DNA from: an uncultured Lactobacillus sp. | Lineage (GTDB): Bacteria; Bacillota; Bacilli; Lactobacillales; Lactobacillaceae | Direction: 5' to 3' | Length of the DNA stretch: 64,000 nucleotides | NCBI GenBank assembly: GCA_945971245.1 | Contig: CAMFOZ010000001.1 | Coordinates: forward strand, 140-64,139 | Part shown: piece by piece, positions 43,715 to 53,357 of the stretch | How the letters are laid out: each line of letters opens with the position of its first letter | How positions within the stretch are numbered: the first letter of the stretch is position 1 | Program-made: the position numbers and the translations under genes | The notes under the pieces: model-generated | What the model was told of the DNA's origin: nothing | Databases searched by the model: none | Seen by the model: the letters and a program-made list of their open reading frames with translations, nothing else

Positions 43715-43902
43715 TCATTGATCGCCTCCAATTGGTCTGGAGACACTCGGCGACATGTTAATTGGCCTGGGCCTTCATATTCACCTTTCTCAATTAGGGC
43801 CTGGTTATCTTTTGGATCGACATCAATAACCGCATAAATTTCGTCTTGGTATAGAACGAGACCGCCCTCTTTATAGATTGCTTGTGCATTCTTAATATCC
43901 AC
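43711..43902 (-). CDS. hypothetical protein (63 aa)
   Basis: ORF track. Confidence 0.5.
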   Translation of the reverse strand: MDIKNAQAIYKEGGLVLYQDEIYAVIDVDPKDNQALIEKGEYEGPGQLTCRRVSPDQLEAINE

Positions 43903-44251
43903 AGTTATCTTTCTCCTCCATAAGCTTCTTCAAAAGTTTCTTGGTTTTATGGCGCATTACAAACCAAACAATTTCTCCAATCGCCCATACAGCCAAAAGG
44001 ATCCACACAACAACCGTTAATATATTTGATCCGCCAAAAACGTTGGAGATAAGGGCGTTGCCAATAGCGAGAAGCATATTTCCAAACGCTAATACCAACA
44101 ACCGATGGCCTAACTGGTCAGTGCGTCTTTCTTGTTTTTCATATCTGCCCAAACCTTTACGATACTTTTCATAGGCTTCAAATTTCTTCATGTAAGCTTC
44201 ATATTCAGCTTTATATCGCTCATCTGAATTATTGTGGTCCAAGCTGATCAC
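43892..44251 (-). CDS. membrane protein (119 aa)
   Basis: ORF track; two TM helices. Confidence 0.5.
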   Translation of the reverse strand: MISLDHNNSDERYKAEYEAYMKKFEAYEKYRKGLGRYEKQERRTDQLGHRLLVLAFGNMLLAIGNALISNVFGGSNILTVVVWILLAVWAIGEIVWFVMRHKTKKLLKKLMEEKDNCGY

Positions 44252-44757
44252 CTTCCAATTGTGTCGTGGATGTCATAGTTAACGTTGTGGTGCACATCGT
44301 AATACTCGTACATTACACTTCCGCTTTTGTTGTACTTTACGTTGCCGTGCCGATCGCGCCTGGCATGAGCACTCTGCAATCGCGGATTAGTGAAACCGTA
44401 GAATTTTGCTTTGAAGTCATGCTTACGAGGAACAACCACTTCAACAGGGATTCCATACCGCTTTGCAAAGAGTTTGAAGCGCAACTTAGCAGCACTGTCA
44501 ATGGCTCGTTGGCTCAGCGACGTCTTTACGTCATAAACGTGAGCGATCTCATCACTATCGAATACTACGAAGTCTGGAGCGTAACTGATCCCGCGCATCT
44601 GGTAACCGCCGACAGGAAACTTGTCGGCTAATGGGTAACTAGGATGGACGTGATAGTTCTTGCCGCAATTCTTAATGAAGCGTAGATAGAAAGCAGCCTC
44701 TTTCTCAGAATCGAACTTGATCCCATCACACTCCACTTTTTTGCCAAAGTGATTCAC
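44248..44757 (-). CDS. DUF1064-like putative nuclease/resolvase
   Basis: GIKFDSEKEA..Y....YAPDF.V...VYDVK pattern. GTG start. Confidence 0.55.
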   Translation of the reverse strand: MNHFGKKVECDGIKFDSEKEAAFYLRFIKNCGKNYHVHPSYPLADKFPVGGYQMRGISYAPDFVVFDSDEIAHVYDVKTSLSQRAIDSAAKLRFKLFAKRYGIPVEVVVPRKHDFKAKFYGFTNPRLQSAHARRDRHGNVKYNKSGSVMYEYYDVHHNVNYDIHDTIGR

Positions 44758-44939
44758 TAGCGTACCTCCATATTCGCAAGGGAGGCCAGTTTTAGCTCGT
44801 TTAACCTTATATCCGCATAAATTCCCACACCGTCGTCAAGATCGACTGTACCGTCGTTATACGTGCTAGTGATGTAGCACTCCGTTCCGTTAAAAATGAC
44901 CGGCTTCTTCAGGAGCATTAAATCAATTGCGTCCATCAC
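44757..44939 (-). CDS. hypothetical protein (60 aa)
   Basis: ORF track. Confidence 0.45.
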   Translation of the reverse strand: MMDAIDLMLLKKPVIFNGTECYITSTYNDGTVDLDDGVGIYADIRLNELKLASLANMEVR

Positions 44940-45781
44940 AGGTCACTCTCCTTTCTCATATCTTCCATATCGTTAAACGCCAAGCGATGTTCTGGTTTCA
45001 TCGTGATTAGGCGACTGATCGTCCGTGAGTTATAGATCCGCTCTAATTCTTCCTGAACGTTGTTAGTTGTGATGATCGTGCTTCGAACCGGGTGAGTTAA
45101 TTCAATACCTTTTTTATTGGCTTTGATCTTGTCTTCCTTGGTTCCCTCAAATCTGTGGCTAGCAATATCATAGATGAGTCTCTGCATATCACGACGAACA
45201 CCATTAAAGTCTTTGCTGTTTACCTGCTTAACGCTTCCGGCTTCAGCCCCTAAGTCGTCAAGAATCAATACATCTGCATAGTTCATAAAATGCATTCTGT
45301 CTCTCAATTTTGCTTTTAGTTCAGGGAAATCATACTGATCGTTGCAAAGCCTAAAAAGTTCATCGGCAGATACAAACATCACGGTTTTATCGTGTTGCTG
45401 AAGTATCTCGGCCATCATCAAGGCTAGTGACGTCTTCCCAACACCAGCCAGGCCAGACATAACCACGTTGAATGACTTATTAACCATTTGGTGGGCAAGT
45501 TTGTAGGCTTTATTGCCTAGCTCCCGAGCTTGCTTTACGTTTTTGCGACGATTAGGTTGCCAATCATCTACACCAAACTTTAATGGTGCACCTTCCCACA
45601 ACGATTTATCTTGATAAAGGCGGATCCGATTTTCAATTGCTTGGCGGTTATACATCTCCACCATCTTCTGATTGCGCTTTTCAGCACGCTCCTTTAAATG
45701 AGGATCATTAATATCAACGTGTTCACTGAACAGGTCATTCAATGAACCAAATTCAACTTTCTGGATACCCACATCAACCAC
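44936..45781 (-). CDS. DnaC/IstB-like AAA+ helicase loader
   Basis: Walker A GLAGVGKTSLA and Walker B VLILDDLG. Confidence 0.8.
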   Translation of the reverse strand: MVDVGIQKVEFGSLNDLFSEHVDINDPHLKERAEKRNQKMVEMYNRQAIENRIRLYQDKSLWEGAPLKFGVDDWQPNRRKNVKQARELGNKAYKLAHQMVNKSFNVVMSGLAGVGKTSLALMMAEILQQHDKTVMFVSADELFRLCNDQYDFPELKAKLRDRMHFMNYADVLILDDLGAEAGSVKQVNSKDFNGVRRDMQRLIYDIASHRFEGTKEDKIKANKKGIELTHPVRSTIITTNNVQEELERIYNSRTISRLITMKPEHRLAFNDMEDMRKESDL

Positions 45782-45784
45782 CTC

Positions 45785-46540
45785 CTACCAGTAACGGCGA
45801 TTATTGTTGTTGGCAGGCATGCCCGTATTAGTTTGCTCGTTGATGTAGCTTTCCATCTTGGTACCAAATAACGTTTCTGGTCTTAGGTACTTAGACATCT
45901 TGGCGTCCGAACCCCAATCAGCAATTTTGTTATCAATAGCCTTTTTGAAGTCTTCTAGTTTGTACCCTTCATTTAGACGAGCATTGATTACTTGTTTGTT
46001 CTTAGTAGCATTGGGTTTATACCTAGTACCAAGTTTGGAATTCAGGTAAGAGATAATCTCCTTTCTAGTTTTGGAGGTATCGTCAGGCCGTGCCTGACTA
46101 TTATTGCTAGTATCTGAGTTAGTATCCTGGTTAGTATCTGGTATAGGATTACCCAAATTGGGTAATTGAGAAGATCCCAAATTGGGTTCTCCCTTTACCC
46201 CAAATTGGGTCATTCGATTTACCAGCTCAACTTGGTCAATCGAGTACCATTTAGTACGATCAAACTTATATTTATTAAAGTTTCCTGTTATCACAAAATG
46301 ATCTTTTTCAAGCGAATCAAGCGTACGTTGAACAGTATTCTTGCTCCAGAATGGGAATTGCTCATTCCAGTCCTTGATGCGGTTGTAAACCCACACCTTT
46401 CCGTTAATCTTCTTAGCGGATCGGCTATGGAGCCAATAGTTCAGCTGCTGCAATACGATTGCTTGGTTAAGACCGATTACTTGAGCAAGCTTGACGTCAA
46501 TGACGAGAGGATGCTCATCAAATAACCACGTTGCTTTCAT
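45785..46540 (-). CDS. replication initiation / replisome organizer protein (wHTH N-domain plus conserved phage C-terminal domain)
   Basis: 251 aa, directly upstream of the helicase loader. C-terminal ...YLNSKLGTRYKP...NARLNEGY..EDFKKAID.K...W. Confidence 0.7.
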   Translation of the reverse strand: MKATWLFDEHPLVIDVKLAQVIGLNQAIVLQQLNYWLHSRSAKKINGKVWVYNRIKDWNEQFPFWSKNTVQRTLDSLEKDHFVITGNFNKYKFDRTKWYSIDQVELVNRMTQFGVKGEPNLGSSQLPNLGNPIPDTNQDTNSDTSNNSQARPDDTSKTRKEIISYLNSKLGTRYKPNATKNKQVINARLNEGYKLEDFKKAIDNKIADWGSDAKMSKYLRPETLFGTKMESYINEQTNTGMPANNNNRRYW

Positions 46541-46550
46541 AATCTATCTC

Positions 46551-46817
46551 CTAGAGCGAAAAACGGCGTGCACGTTCTTCGTCTGCTTTTCTGCTTCCAA
46601 CATATGCTTTAGTGACAATTGATAATGGAATATCAGATCCATTCACATGTAGAAAGGCATGTTCTCCAATTCCATAGCAAGGGACTTCTGTAAGCGACGA
46701 TGCACCATCTACTTCATACTTTACGTAATGGAGTTCATCGCCAACCATTTCGTTTGAATTATGGGAAATGTTTTTTACTTGGTTAGTTACAATTGTTAAA
46801 TATTCGTCATTGTTCAT
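46551..46817 (-). CDS. hypothetical protein (88 aa)
   Basis: ORF track. Confidence 0.5.
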   Translation of the reverse strand: MNNDEYLTIVTNQVKNISHNSNEMVGDELHYVKYEVDGASSLTEVPCYGIGEHAFLHVNGSDIPLSIVTKAYVGSRKADEERARRFSL

Positions 46818-47487
46818 AGTTTCCTTGCACTCCTATTCTTTTAAGTGTCTGTGCGTCTACTCTGATCCCTAAATTGGTTAGCCTATACTTTTGGCAAAAT
46901 AGTTGGTTGCCGATCTTATGTCTTTCCGTATGATGAGTTCGACATAAAGCTGCCAGCCTAAACTTGGTGTGATTTAGGTGCGTCCGGTTACGCCCGGCGC
47001 CAATTTCATCTATGTGATCGATGTCAGCACGCTTGCCACAAATAAGGCATTGCCGGTGCTTGATGCACTCATACTGAAAGTAGTTCTCGTCTTTCGGCAA
47101 CAACGGGTAAGCTTCGTTAACTGGTACATTGAATTCAAAGATGAAATCAATCACTTCCTGGATCAGCTTAGTTGCGTCACTAACCGTATTGGTGGTGTCG
47201 TTGGCCAAGCTTATTTCATTTCCGGCGGTCTTGATCGTGTATTCCGTGTAGAAATACTCTTTCAACCATTCGGTCGGTTCGCCGGACCAGTTGTGTATGT
47301 CACCGATCAGTGCAAAGAACAGCGCCCGTTGTCTTGGCCTTGCTTGACGTGGATCAATCATTTCGTAATGAACTGGCACGTTACTGACGGAGCCATCATT
47401 GATTGTGCTGACGTGCTCTAAATTAGGTGGTGTATCTGGATAGATGATCCAGTGATCGTTTTGCCAATAAGCTTTACCGCTTTCCAT
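46807..47487 (-). CDS. HNH-motif nuclease-like protein (226 aa)
   Basis: CLICGKRADIDHIDE...LCRTHHTERH. Confidence 0.6.
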   Translation of the reverse strand: MESGKAYWQNDHWIIYPDTPPNLEHVSTINDGSVSNVPVHYEMIDPRQARPRQRALFFALIGDIHNWSGEPTEWLKEYFYTEYTIKTAGNEISLANDTTNTVSDATKLIQEVIDFIFEFNVPVNEAYPLLPKDENYFQYECIKHRQCLICGKRADIDHIDEIGAGRNRTHLNHTKFRLAALCRTHHTERHKIGNQLFCQKYRLTNLGIRVDAQTLKRIGVQGNYEQ

Positions 47488-47945
47488 TAGAACGGCAGAT
47501 CACTAGGATCAACTTGTGCATCGTTCTGTGGAGCGTTGTTAGGCTGCTGGTAGCCGTTTGCGTTGTTAGATGGATAATTGCCTTGCTGATTGTTTTGCTG
47601 TTGGTTATAGCCGCCTTCCTGGCTGTTACGCGACTCCAGAAGAGCGAAGTTGTCGACGATAACTTCCGTGACGTAAACTCGTTGCCCTTGTTGGTTTTCG
47701 TAGTTTTGGGTTTGGATGTGACCATCAATGCCAACTAACGATCCTTTGCGAGTAAAGTTAGCGAAGTTCTCCGCTGACTTTCGCCAAACGACACAATTGA
47801 TAAAGTCGGCTTCTCGATCACCGTTCTGATTACGGAATTGACGGTCTACTGCCAGCGTGAAAGAGGTAACTGCCGTGCCGCTTTGGGTGTACCGTAGTTC
47901 AGGGTCCTTAGTAAGGCGTCCGGTTAATACTGCTCGATTGATCAT
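47487..47945 (-). CDS. ssb: single-stranded DNA-binding protein
   Basis: OB-fold N-terminus [20 protein letters not shown], Gln/Asn-rich linker, C-terminal DLPF. Confidence 0.9.
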   Translation of the reverse strand: MINRAVLTGRLTKDPELRYTQSGTAVTSFTLAVDRQFRNQNGDREADFINCVVWRKSAENFANFTRKGSLVGIDGHIQTQNYENQQGQRVYVTEVIVDNFALLESRNSQEGGYNQQQNNQQGNYPSNNANGYQQPNNAPQNDAQVDPSDLPF

Positions 47946-48658
47946 TAGTTGTTTCCTCCATTTTCTGTTTGTTGAATCATGATGTTTACGACATTAGTTG
48001 CCTTGTTGATCTTGGCATTCTTATCTTTGATAGCTAGATACTCTTTATTGTCATTAAGAACATTTGAAACCGTTGCATTAGCTTCTGCAAAACTTACGCC
48101 AATCAACGAAGCGTATTTGGATACAGCGGCCTTGTACTTGTTCTCAAGACTGGTAGTTACCGCTTGACCCGCTACGTTTTGATTCTGCTGAGCTGGGTGA
48201 TTTGGCTGTTGTGAACGCCCATAATTATTACTTTGCGGTTGATTCTGCCGCTGTGAAGGCTTGCGATTATTGTTCTGCCGTTGATATTCGCCTGAATCAG
48301 CATCCTTTGTATCGTCAATAAGGAACAGACCGTTCAACGCATATTTACGAGCATAACTAGAAGCGGTACCCGTAATTTGGCTTTCGTCCATCCCCTTTTT
48401 ACGTTCAGCTTCGCGAGCATAGCCGGTGACGATAGTTTTCTTCTGATCCTTATCGGTGAACGTTGCTGTTGCTTTGATGTAGTGCCATTCACCAATCAGA
48501 ACAGATTCATCACTGAGATCTAAGTCATCGCCATATTTAACGAGTAACGGTTTTACTGCTGACAAGATATCCTCCGTGCTTCGGTAATTGTATTTACCGA
48601 ATCGGTTGTATTGGTTTTTAGGAGCCTTTAGTTCTGCTTGAATTTGTAATAACGTCAA
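47945..48658 (-). CDS. ERF-family single-strand annealing recombinase
   Basis: [29 protein letters not shown]-terminal signature. Confidence 0.75.
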   Translation of the reverse strand: MTLLQIQAELKAPKNQYNRFGKYNYRSTEDILSAVKPLLVKYGDDLDLSDESVLIGEWHYIKATATFTDKDQKKTIVTGYAREAERKKGMDESQITGTASSYARKYALNGLFLIDDTKDADSGEYQRQNNNRKPSQRQNQPQSNNYGRSQQPNHPAQQNQNVAGQAVTTSLENKYKAAVSKYASLIGVSFAEANATVSNVLNDNKEYLAIKDKNAKINKATNVVNIMIQQTENGGNN

Positions 48659-48669
48659 TGCCTTTCCTC

Positions 48670-49170
48670 CTAGTCGATAACGGTCTTATGAGTTTCAACA
48701 ACCTCTGCTCCAGGGACTTGTTCTCCAGAACGGATAGCCTTACGAATAGCGCTCTTGTCAACTTTCCAGCTGGTTTCCTCTTCCTTGTAGTTAGCAGGAA
48801 TCTTTGCTTCGTCCAAGATATTGGTTACATACGACTTATGCTTGACCTTGAATAAGTGCTTGCCCGTCCGAACAGTGTTCTTGCCAGTAGTCATGATTAC
48901 TTCGGTCATGTAGTCGTGCAATCGATCATTCTGCTTCTGGAGAGCCTCCTTAGTTTTCTGGGCATGTTGGTACTTGTCGATGTCTACTTGGATTGAAGCA
49001 ATGTCTTTTGAGTTCTGGTACATCAGATAGGCAATGCCTTCGAGCTTGTCATTAAGTGGTGCTTCCAAACTATCCATCGTGTCTTTGAGCGTTTGTTCGT
49101 CCAGCCCTTGAACAAGACTGAGGTCATGGATTTTCTGGGCAATGTCAATTGCCGATTCACTTTCTGCCAT
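48670..49170 (-). CDS. siphovirus Gp157-like protein
   Basis: 166-aa coiled-coil protein upstream of the recombinase. Typical synteny. Confidence 0.55.
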   Translation of the reverse strand: MAESESAIDIAQKIHDLSLVQGLDEQTLKDTMDSLEAPLNDKLEGIAYLMYQNSKDIASIQVDIDKYQHAQKTKEALQKQNDRLHDYMTEVIMTTGKNTVRTGKHLFKVKHKSYVTNILDEAKIPANYKEEETSWKVDKSAIRKAIRSGEQVPGAEVVETHKTVID

Positions 49171-49305
49171 TTATAGTTCCTCCATATCTGTTTTGTATTC
49201 GTCTTTCTCTTCTCGTGTCGGTTCATTATCTTCGTCTAGCCAAGGGCAAACCGGCAATTGCTCGTCGTGTTGCTCTTGCAGGCGATCCCAGTCAATGTTG
49301 TTCAT
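49171..49305 (-). CDS. acidic hypothetical protein (44 aa)
   Basis: Hand-translated MNNIDWDRLQEQHDEQLPVCPWLDEDNEPTREEKDEYKTDMEEL. Its stop abuts the next ATG. Confidence 0.4.
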   Translation of the reverse strand: MNNIDWDRLQEQHDEQLPVCPWLDEDNEPTREEKDEYKTDMEEL

Positions 49306-49549
49306 TGTTTTCCTCCTTTAGGCCAATCTCACACAGTTTCAAGCCCGTTAAATAACTGGTTTGTAAGTATGACTTGAGAGATTTCAGTTCCCATTTACGT
49401 TCATCGGACGTAACTGCATCATCCTGCACTAACGCAAGCCGCTGGACCTGTGCTGTCGATCTAAGCAGTGCGTCAAAGTTCTTATAATATTCATTCGCCT
49501 GTTTTGCCGTTTTAACGTTAAAACGTGGTAATTTTTGATAATTAGTCAT
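49292..49549 (-). CDS. hypothetical protein (85 aa)
   Basis: ORF track. Confidence 0.5.
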   Translation of the reverse strand: MTNYQKLPRFNVKTAKQANEYYKNFDALLRSTAQVQRLALVQDDAVTSDERKWELKSLKSYLQTSYLTGLKLCEIGLKEENNEQH

Positions 49550-49615
49550 ATAATTCTCCTTGAATGTTTAGTTTTGTTGAGCACAGTGACCCCCATCGCT
49601 GTGCTCTTTTTCTTT

Positions 49616-49759
49616 TCAATCAATCCATTTCACTAGCCAGCCGCCGGTTAGCACAACGATTAGCCCGGCTAGGCTAACGCTGATGGTCATGTTCCCAATA
49701 AGATTGAAGAAGGTTGCCATCATGGCTATGAATAGATCAAAGATTAGTAATGCCTTCAT
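49616..49759 (-). CDS. small membrane protein (47 aa)
   Basis: Hand-translated MKALLIFDLFIAMMATFFNLIGNMTISVSLAGLIVVLTGGWLVKWID. Confidence 0.4.
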   Translation of the reverse strand: MKALLIFDLFIAMMATFFNLIGNMTISVSLAGLIVVLTGGWLVKWID

Positions 49760-49770
49760 TTGTATCCCTC

Positions 49771-49899
49771 TCAATGCTTCTTCTTGTATCTATGAAATAG
49801 TTTCTTCATGCTGTCCTCTTTGAAGATGTGATCGTTATTGATGTGATTGACCACTTCACCAAGTAAGAAAACAGCAATGATAATGATTAAGGAAGTCAT
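49771..49899 (-). CDS. small membrane peptide (42 aa)
   Basis: Hand-translated MTSLIIIIAVFLLGEVVNHINNDHIFKEDSMKKLFHRYKKKH. Weak SD. Confidence 0.3.
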   Translation of the reverse strand: MTSLIIIIAVFLLGEVVNHINNDHIFKEDSMKKLFHRYKKKH

Positions 49900-49902
49900 A
49901 TT

Positions 49903-50151
49903 CTATACAGCCCTTCGCTTTCCTTTAGCTAGACGGCCGAACTTCTTTTGGTGGTAATCTGAAGCTTTAGAATCTAGGAATTTTACCCACAAATCTTCAT
50001 GTACCCAGAACGTCCGGCCGGTAATACGGATAATTGCTTCCCAATAATCATTGGAGCATTCACATTCCAACACCAGATCATGAAAAGCAGATTTTCCTAG
50101 ACCATATTTCTGCTGAATTTCACTGGACGTTTTAACGTCGTTATCCTTCAT
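49903..50151 (-). CDS. hypothetical protein (82 aa), possibly DNA-binding
   Basis: ORF track. Confidence 0.5.
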   Translation of the reverse strand: MKDNDVKTSSEIQQKYGLGKSAFHDLVLECECSNDYWEAIIRITGRTFWVHEDLWVKFLDSKASDYHQKKFGRLAKGKRRAV

Positions 50152-50593
50152 TACCGTTCCCCCCCTCGCCTAAATCACTGTTGATGTGTCGAATGTGTAT
50201 TCCTTGTGGCTCAAAGAAAGCAGTCAACATATCCTGACCCGTTTGACGTTGATGGAACGTATCAAGGATGTGCATAACCTGGACTGTTGCAAATTGGACA
50301 TCACGGTTGAGATATTCCATTAGAAATTCGATACCGTTAGGAATCTTCTTATTCCAACCGATATTCTCTGAGATCCAGTCGGTAACCGTGTAGTAATCTT
50401 TGTTCCCATATTTACGGCCCTTGTATTCCTTAGTAACCGGAAAGATCTGTGCAAATTGCTTTGGCGTTAACCGCTCGATCTCATCATTCAACACTGACAT
50501 ATATGCTTTTTGCATTGCCCAATTCTGCTTATCGATAACAGGAGCCCAGGTATGGATAAGCAAATAGACAAATTGTTGTGGTGTTTTAGTCAT
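50141..50593 (-). CDS. hypothetical protein (150 aa)
   Basis: ORF track. Confidence 0.55.
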   Translation of the reverse strand: MTKTPQQFVYLLIHTWAPVIDKQNWAMQKAYMSVLNDEIERLTPKQFAQIFPVTKEYKGRKYGNKDYYTVTDWISENIGWNKKIPNGIEFLMEYLNRDVQFATVQVMHILDTFHQRQTGQDMLTAFFEPQGIHIRHINSDLGEGGNGNEG

Positions 50594-50990
50594 CGCTATT
50601 TAGCTCCTTGATATCCATGCGCAATTCTTGCTTTGGCTGCCAGGTGCTTACGAAGTCCATGCCTTCCTGGTACTGTTTGGCCGGCAGCTCACCATAACGA
50701 GGAACATCAAAGTAGTGCTTGAACTCACTCCAGATCGAAGCAAATGTCTTTCTACTTAGTTTCTTGTAAGCTGGAGTACCTTTACCACCGAGAGCTTTAA
50801 CAACCGCAATGGTTCCGGCTTCATGAATTTTGTATTCTTGTACCCCACTGATTCGCATAGTGTCTTCCAAACCAGTAACACGGGTATCAAGATCCTCAAC
50901 GGAATCCAGCAAGCCTTGTATGAATGCGGTCCGTTTCTTTTGAACTTCATGGCCAGTGCTTCGGCCGACAATACTGTGTTTAACGCTCAT
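50586..50990 (-). CDS. hypothetical protein (134 aa)
   Basis: ORF track. Confidence 0.55.
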   Translation of the reverse strand: MSVKHSIVGRSTGHEVQKKRTAFIQGLLDSVEDLDTRVTGLEDTMRISGVQEYKIHEAGTIAVVKALGGKGTPAYKKLSRKTFASIWSEFKHYFDVPRYGELPAKQYQEGMDFVSTWQPKQELRMDIKELNSDD

Positions 50991-51906
50991 TAATAATCTC
51001 TCCTTCTACTGTGCGACGCCCAGAAGTAATGTTGCGTTGGTCGTCGATCCATTTCTGTAAGTCGTCAAGCTTTTTGTCGTAACTTGCCAGAGCTTCATCT
51101 CCGGCATCGCAAGCGGCTTCCTTATCTTCTGAAAGCAAGGTGTTAGCGGCTAAGAAATCAGTGATGTGACTACTGATTTGATAAACGCTGAGACGCCCTC
51201 GACTCTTCCAGTGTTCAGCCTTGCGATTCTGCTTATCGATGTCTTCGTAGTCACGTAGCTTCTCGTTAGCTTCGTCGAGTTGCTTTGCCGCATCATCTTT
51301 CTGCCGTTGAAGTCGTGCTACGTTAGCTTTCAGTTCGTCATAGTCATCAGGCTTTACAGGGACTTCTTTAGTAACCGTCTTGGTAATCACCTTTGGTTCT
51401 GGTTGATGCTTATTTGCTTCAGTAAGGCGGTTATTGAGTTCCAACTGAGTTTTGCGATTGTCCTCTAGTTCGGCTTGCTGGTCGGCAATTTGAGCATCCT
51501 TATCAGATAATTCCTGTTCGCGTTGCTTAAGTTGACGTTTTAATGAAGTAATTTGTTTTACGGTAGGATCGTTACCATTCTTTATCTGCTCTGCTACTTG
51601 TTCCTTTTGTGGTTCAGGAAGCGTAGCTATCTCATAAAGGACTCTCATCCCCAAATGCGACCACGTGGTCGCATTTGGGATCTCCGTAGCAACCTTTACA
51701 AACCTTTGCGCTTGTCTAGGCGTTATACCCATGTCATCAAGCCACTTAATATATCGGCCGTGAGCTAGATCATGCTCTTTTACCCATTTGAGTCTGCGAC
51801 CAATTTCGAATATTGCTTGGCCTCCAACCGTTTGGTAAGTTTTGATCTCGGTCGTAATCTTAGTCAGATCATTGGACAATGGTTCAAGTTCATTCGTGGT
51901 AATCAC
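50980..51906 (-). CDS. early protein with N-terminal globular region and long coiled coil (308 aa)
   Basis: ORF track; central KQLKQREQELSDKDAQIADQQAELEDNRK. Confidence 0.6.
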   Translation of the reverse strand: MITTNELEPLSNDLTKITTEIKTYQTVGGQAIFEIGRRLKWVKEHDLAHGRYIKWLDDMGITPRQAQRFVKVATEIPNATTWSHLGMRVLYEIATLPEPQKEQVAEQIKNGNDPTVKQITSLKRQLKQREQELSDKDAQIADQQAELEDNRKTQLELNNRLTEANKHQPEPKVITKTVTKEVPVKPDDYDELKANVARLQRQKDDAAKQLDEANEKLRDYEDIDKQNRKAEHWKSRGRLSVYQISSHITDFLAANTLLSEDKEAACDAGDEALASYDKKLDDLQKWIDDQRNITSGRRTVEGEIINER

Positions 51907-52106
51907 TCCCTCTCGTATTTCAATCCGAAGTCTTTAATCAATGTGATGATGAACCGATTAGCAGCAGGATTTGTTTTGCGCCCTGCTAGATAATCAGAAA
52001 CATCTTGCTTATTCATTCCATACATGATGGCAATCTGCGAGCGCGAAATGCCGTGTTTATTCATGTAGTCAACAATGCGTTTACGTCCGCTTAAAGTTTC
52101 TGGCAT
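51903..52106 (-). CDS. Cro/XRE-type HTH early regulator
   Basis: MNKHGISRSQIAIMYGMNKQDVSDYLAG. Confidence 0.65.
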   Translation of the reverse strand: MPETLSGRKRIVDYMNKHGISRSQIAIMYGMNKQDVSDYLAGRKTNPAANRFIITLIKDFGLKYERE

Positions 52107-52163
52107 TATTTAGCCTCCTTTCTGCTAGAATCTAATTAGTCCGAAATAAAGGTGGTGTTCACA

Positions 52164-52394
52164 ATGGACTTTAACGACGTATATCAAGTTGCTTCTGTAA
52201 CAGACGATGAAGCTGCAAACAAGCTTCTGAGTCATGGATGGAAGCTCTTGAAAGTAACGGTTAATGCTTCGGCAGATGAACGTTATCTCGAACGTGGAGT
52301 GTTCCAGATTTCAACGCCTGTATACATACTTGGAGCTTCGAAAGACGTAGCTGGTACATATTCAAAAGCAGAAGCTACTAAACGTTCCTATTAG
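52164..52394 (+). CDS. opposite-strand small protein (76 aa) embedded in the early region
   Basis: ATG 52164 with AAAGGTGGTG SD. The 3' end overlaps the convergent 52378..52608 gene by 17 nt. Confidence 0.5.
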   Translation: MDFNDVYQVASVTDDEAANKLLSHGWKLLKVTVNASADERYLERGVFQISTPVYILGASKDVAGTYSKAEATKRSY

Positions 52395-52608
52395 GTTTCA
52401 ACTTGCTATAAAGGCTGTTGTCTGCATAGACAATGGCCTTTTGTATTTCTGAATAAGAAAGACCACTGTTTTTGCAAAGCCCGATAATTGAATCAGATAA
52501 ATCAAACGTCTTTTTATCTGACATAGTTAACTGGCCCATAGCGGTTAACCTTTGAAGCCCAAGAACATGAATCTTTATTTCTGCATCCATGTCGTTAACT
52601 TGCTTCAT
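52378..52608 (-). CDS. first early-operon gene (76 aa), possible regulator
   Basis: ORF track; divergent from the CI-like gene across the switch region. Confidence 0.5.
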   Translation of the reverse strand: MKQVNDMDAEIKIHVLGLQRLTAMGQLTMSDKKTFDLSDSIIGLCKNSGLSYSEIQKAIVYADNSLYSKLKPNRNV

Positions 52609-52695
52609 GATTTAATTTCTCCTTTCTTTCCGGTTCCTCCTACCCGCCCAGCGTAAGATTAATTGGTAGAAAAATATTCGACATTCTATTGCATT

Positions 52696-52878
52696 ATGTA
52701 TACATATAAGCTACAATCAGAGTGTAGAAAATAAGCCCATGTAAAGCTTGTCCCCGCCAGGATTGCTTGTTTATGAGCGCCGTTTTATATTGGCTTTTTT
52801 CTATCGAATTAACTTACAGCTATTATTATATACAAATATCCTACAAAGTCAACGACTATTTTAGACAAATTTGTATAC
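52696..52878. promoter_or_regulatory. genetic switch region with three TGTATA(C/T)-core putative operators
   Basis: atgtatacat (52696-52705, a 10-bp palindrome), atatacaaat (52828-52837) and atttgtatac (52869-52878). Confidence 0.5.
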
Positions 52879-52912
52879 GGATAAGCCTGTAGTAAGAAAG
52901 GCTTGAACAAAT

Positions 52913-53347
52913 ATGGATAACGAAACTCTTTACAGTCGAATCAAAGAGCTTGCTAGCAAACAGAATCTTTCCATTCGTCGCTTGGAAGAAAAGCTCGGTT
53001 TTGGAAACGGCGTTATCAACAGATGGAGAAAAACTACTCCGGGCATTGACAAAGTAGAAGCCGTAGCAAGTTTCTTTGGTGTCACCACTGATTATCTCCT
53101 TGGTCGCACTGATACACCGCAGTTCACTCAAAAAGATGAAAAGGATGTTCAGAAAACACTAGAGGATATGATCCAGGGTCTTAATAATAAATCGTCTCTC
53201 GCCTATATGAAGAACGGTGATCAGGAGATTGACCCAGAAGATGCTGAATTATTAGCGGCATCCCTAGAAAATGTTGTCCGTCAATCCAAGTTGCTTGCTA
53301 AGCAAAAATTCACGCCTAAGAAATATAGGAAGAATCAGGATCAGTGA
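52913..53347 (+). CDS. CI-like XRE-family repressor
   Basis: N-terminal HTH LSIRRLEEKLGFGNGVINRWRK. Paired with a downstream ImmA-like protease. Confidence 0.8.
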   Translation: MDNETLYSRIKELASKQNLSIRRLEEKLGFGNGVINRWRKTTPGIDKVEAVASFFGVTTDYLLGRTDTPQFTQKDEKDVQKTLEDMIQGLNNKSSLAYMKNGDQEIDPEDAELLAASLENVVRQSKLLAKQKFTPKKYRKNQDQ

Positions 53348-53357
53348 GGTGACTTGT

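Noticed and set aside
49575-49612. Strong hairpin gagcacag...ctgtgctc followed by a T-run on the plus strand in the early region
   Set aside because: It is oriented against the only coding strand here, and on the minus strand it lacks a U-run. It may block antisense transcription, but I cannot support a specific role.
52856-53131. 91-aa minus-strand ORF antisense to the CI-like repressor gene
   Set aside because: No SD. It overlaps the HTH-coding part of a confident gene.
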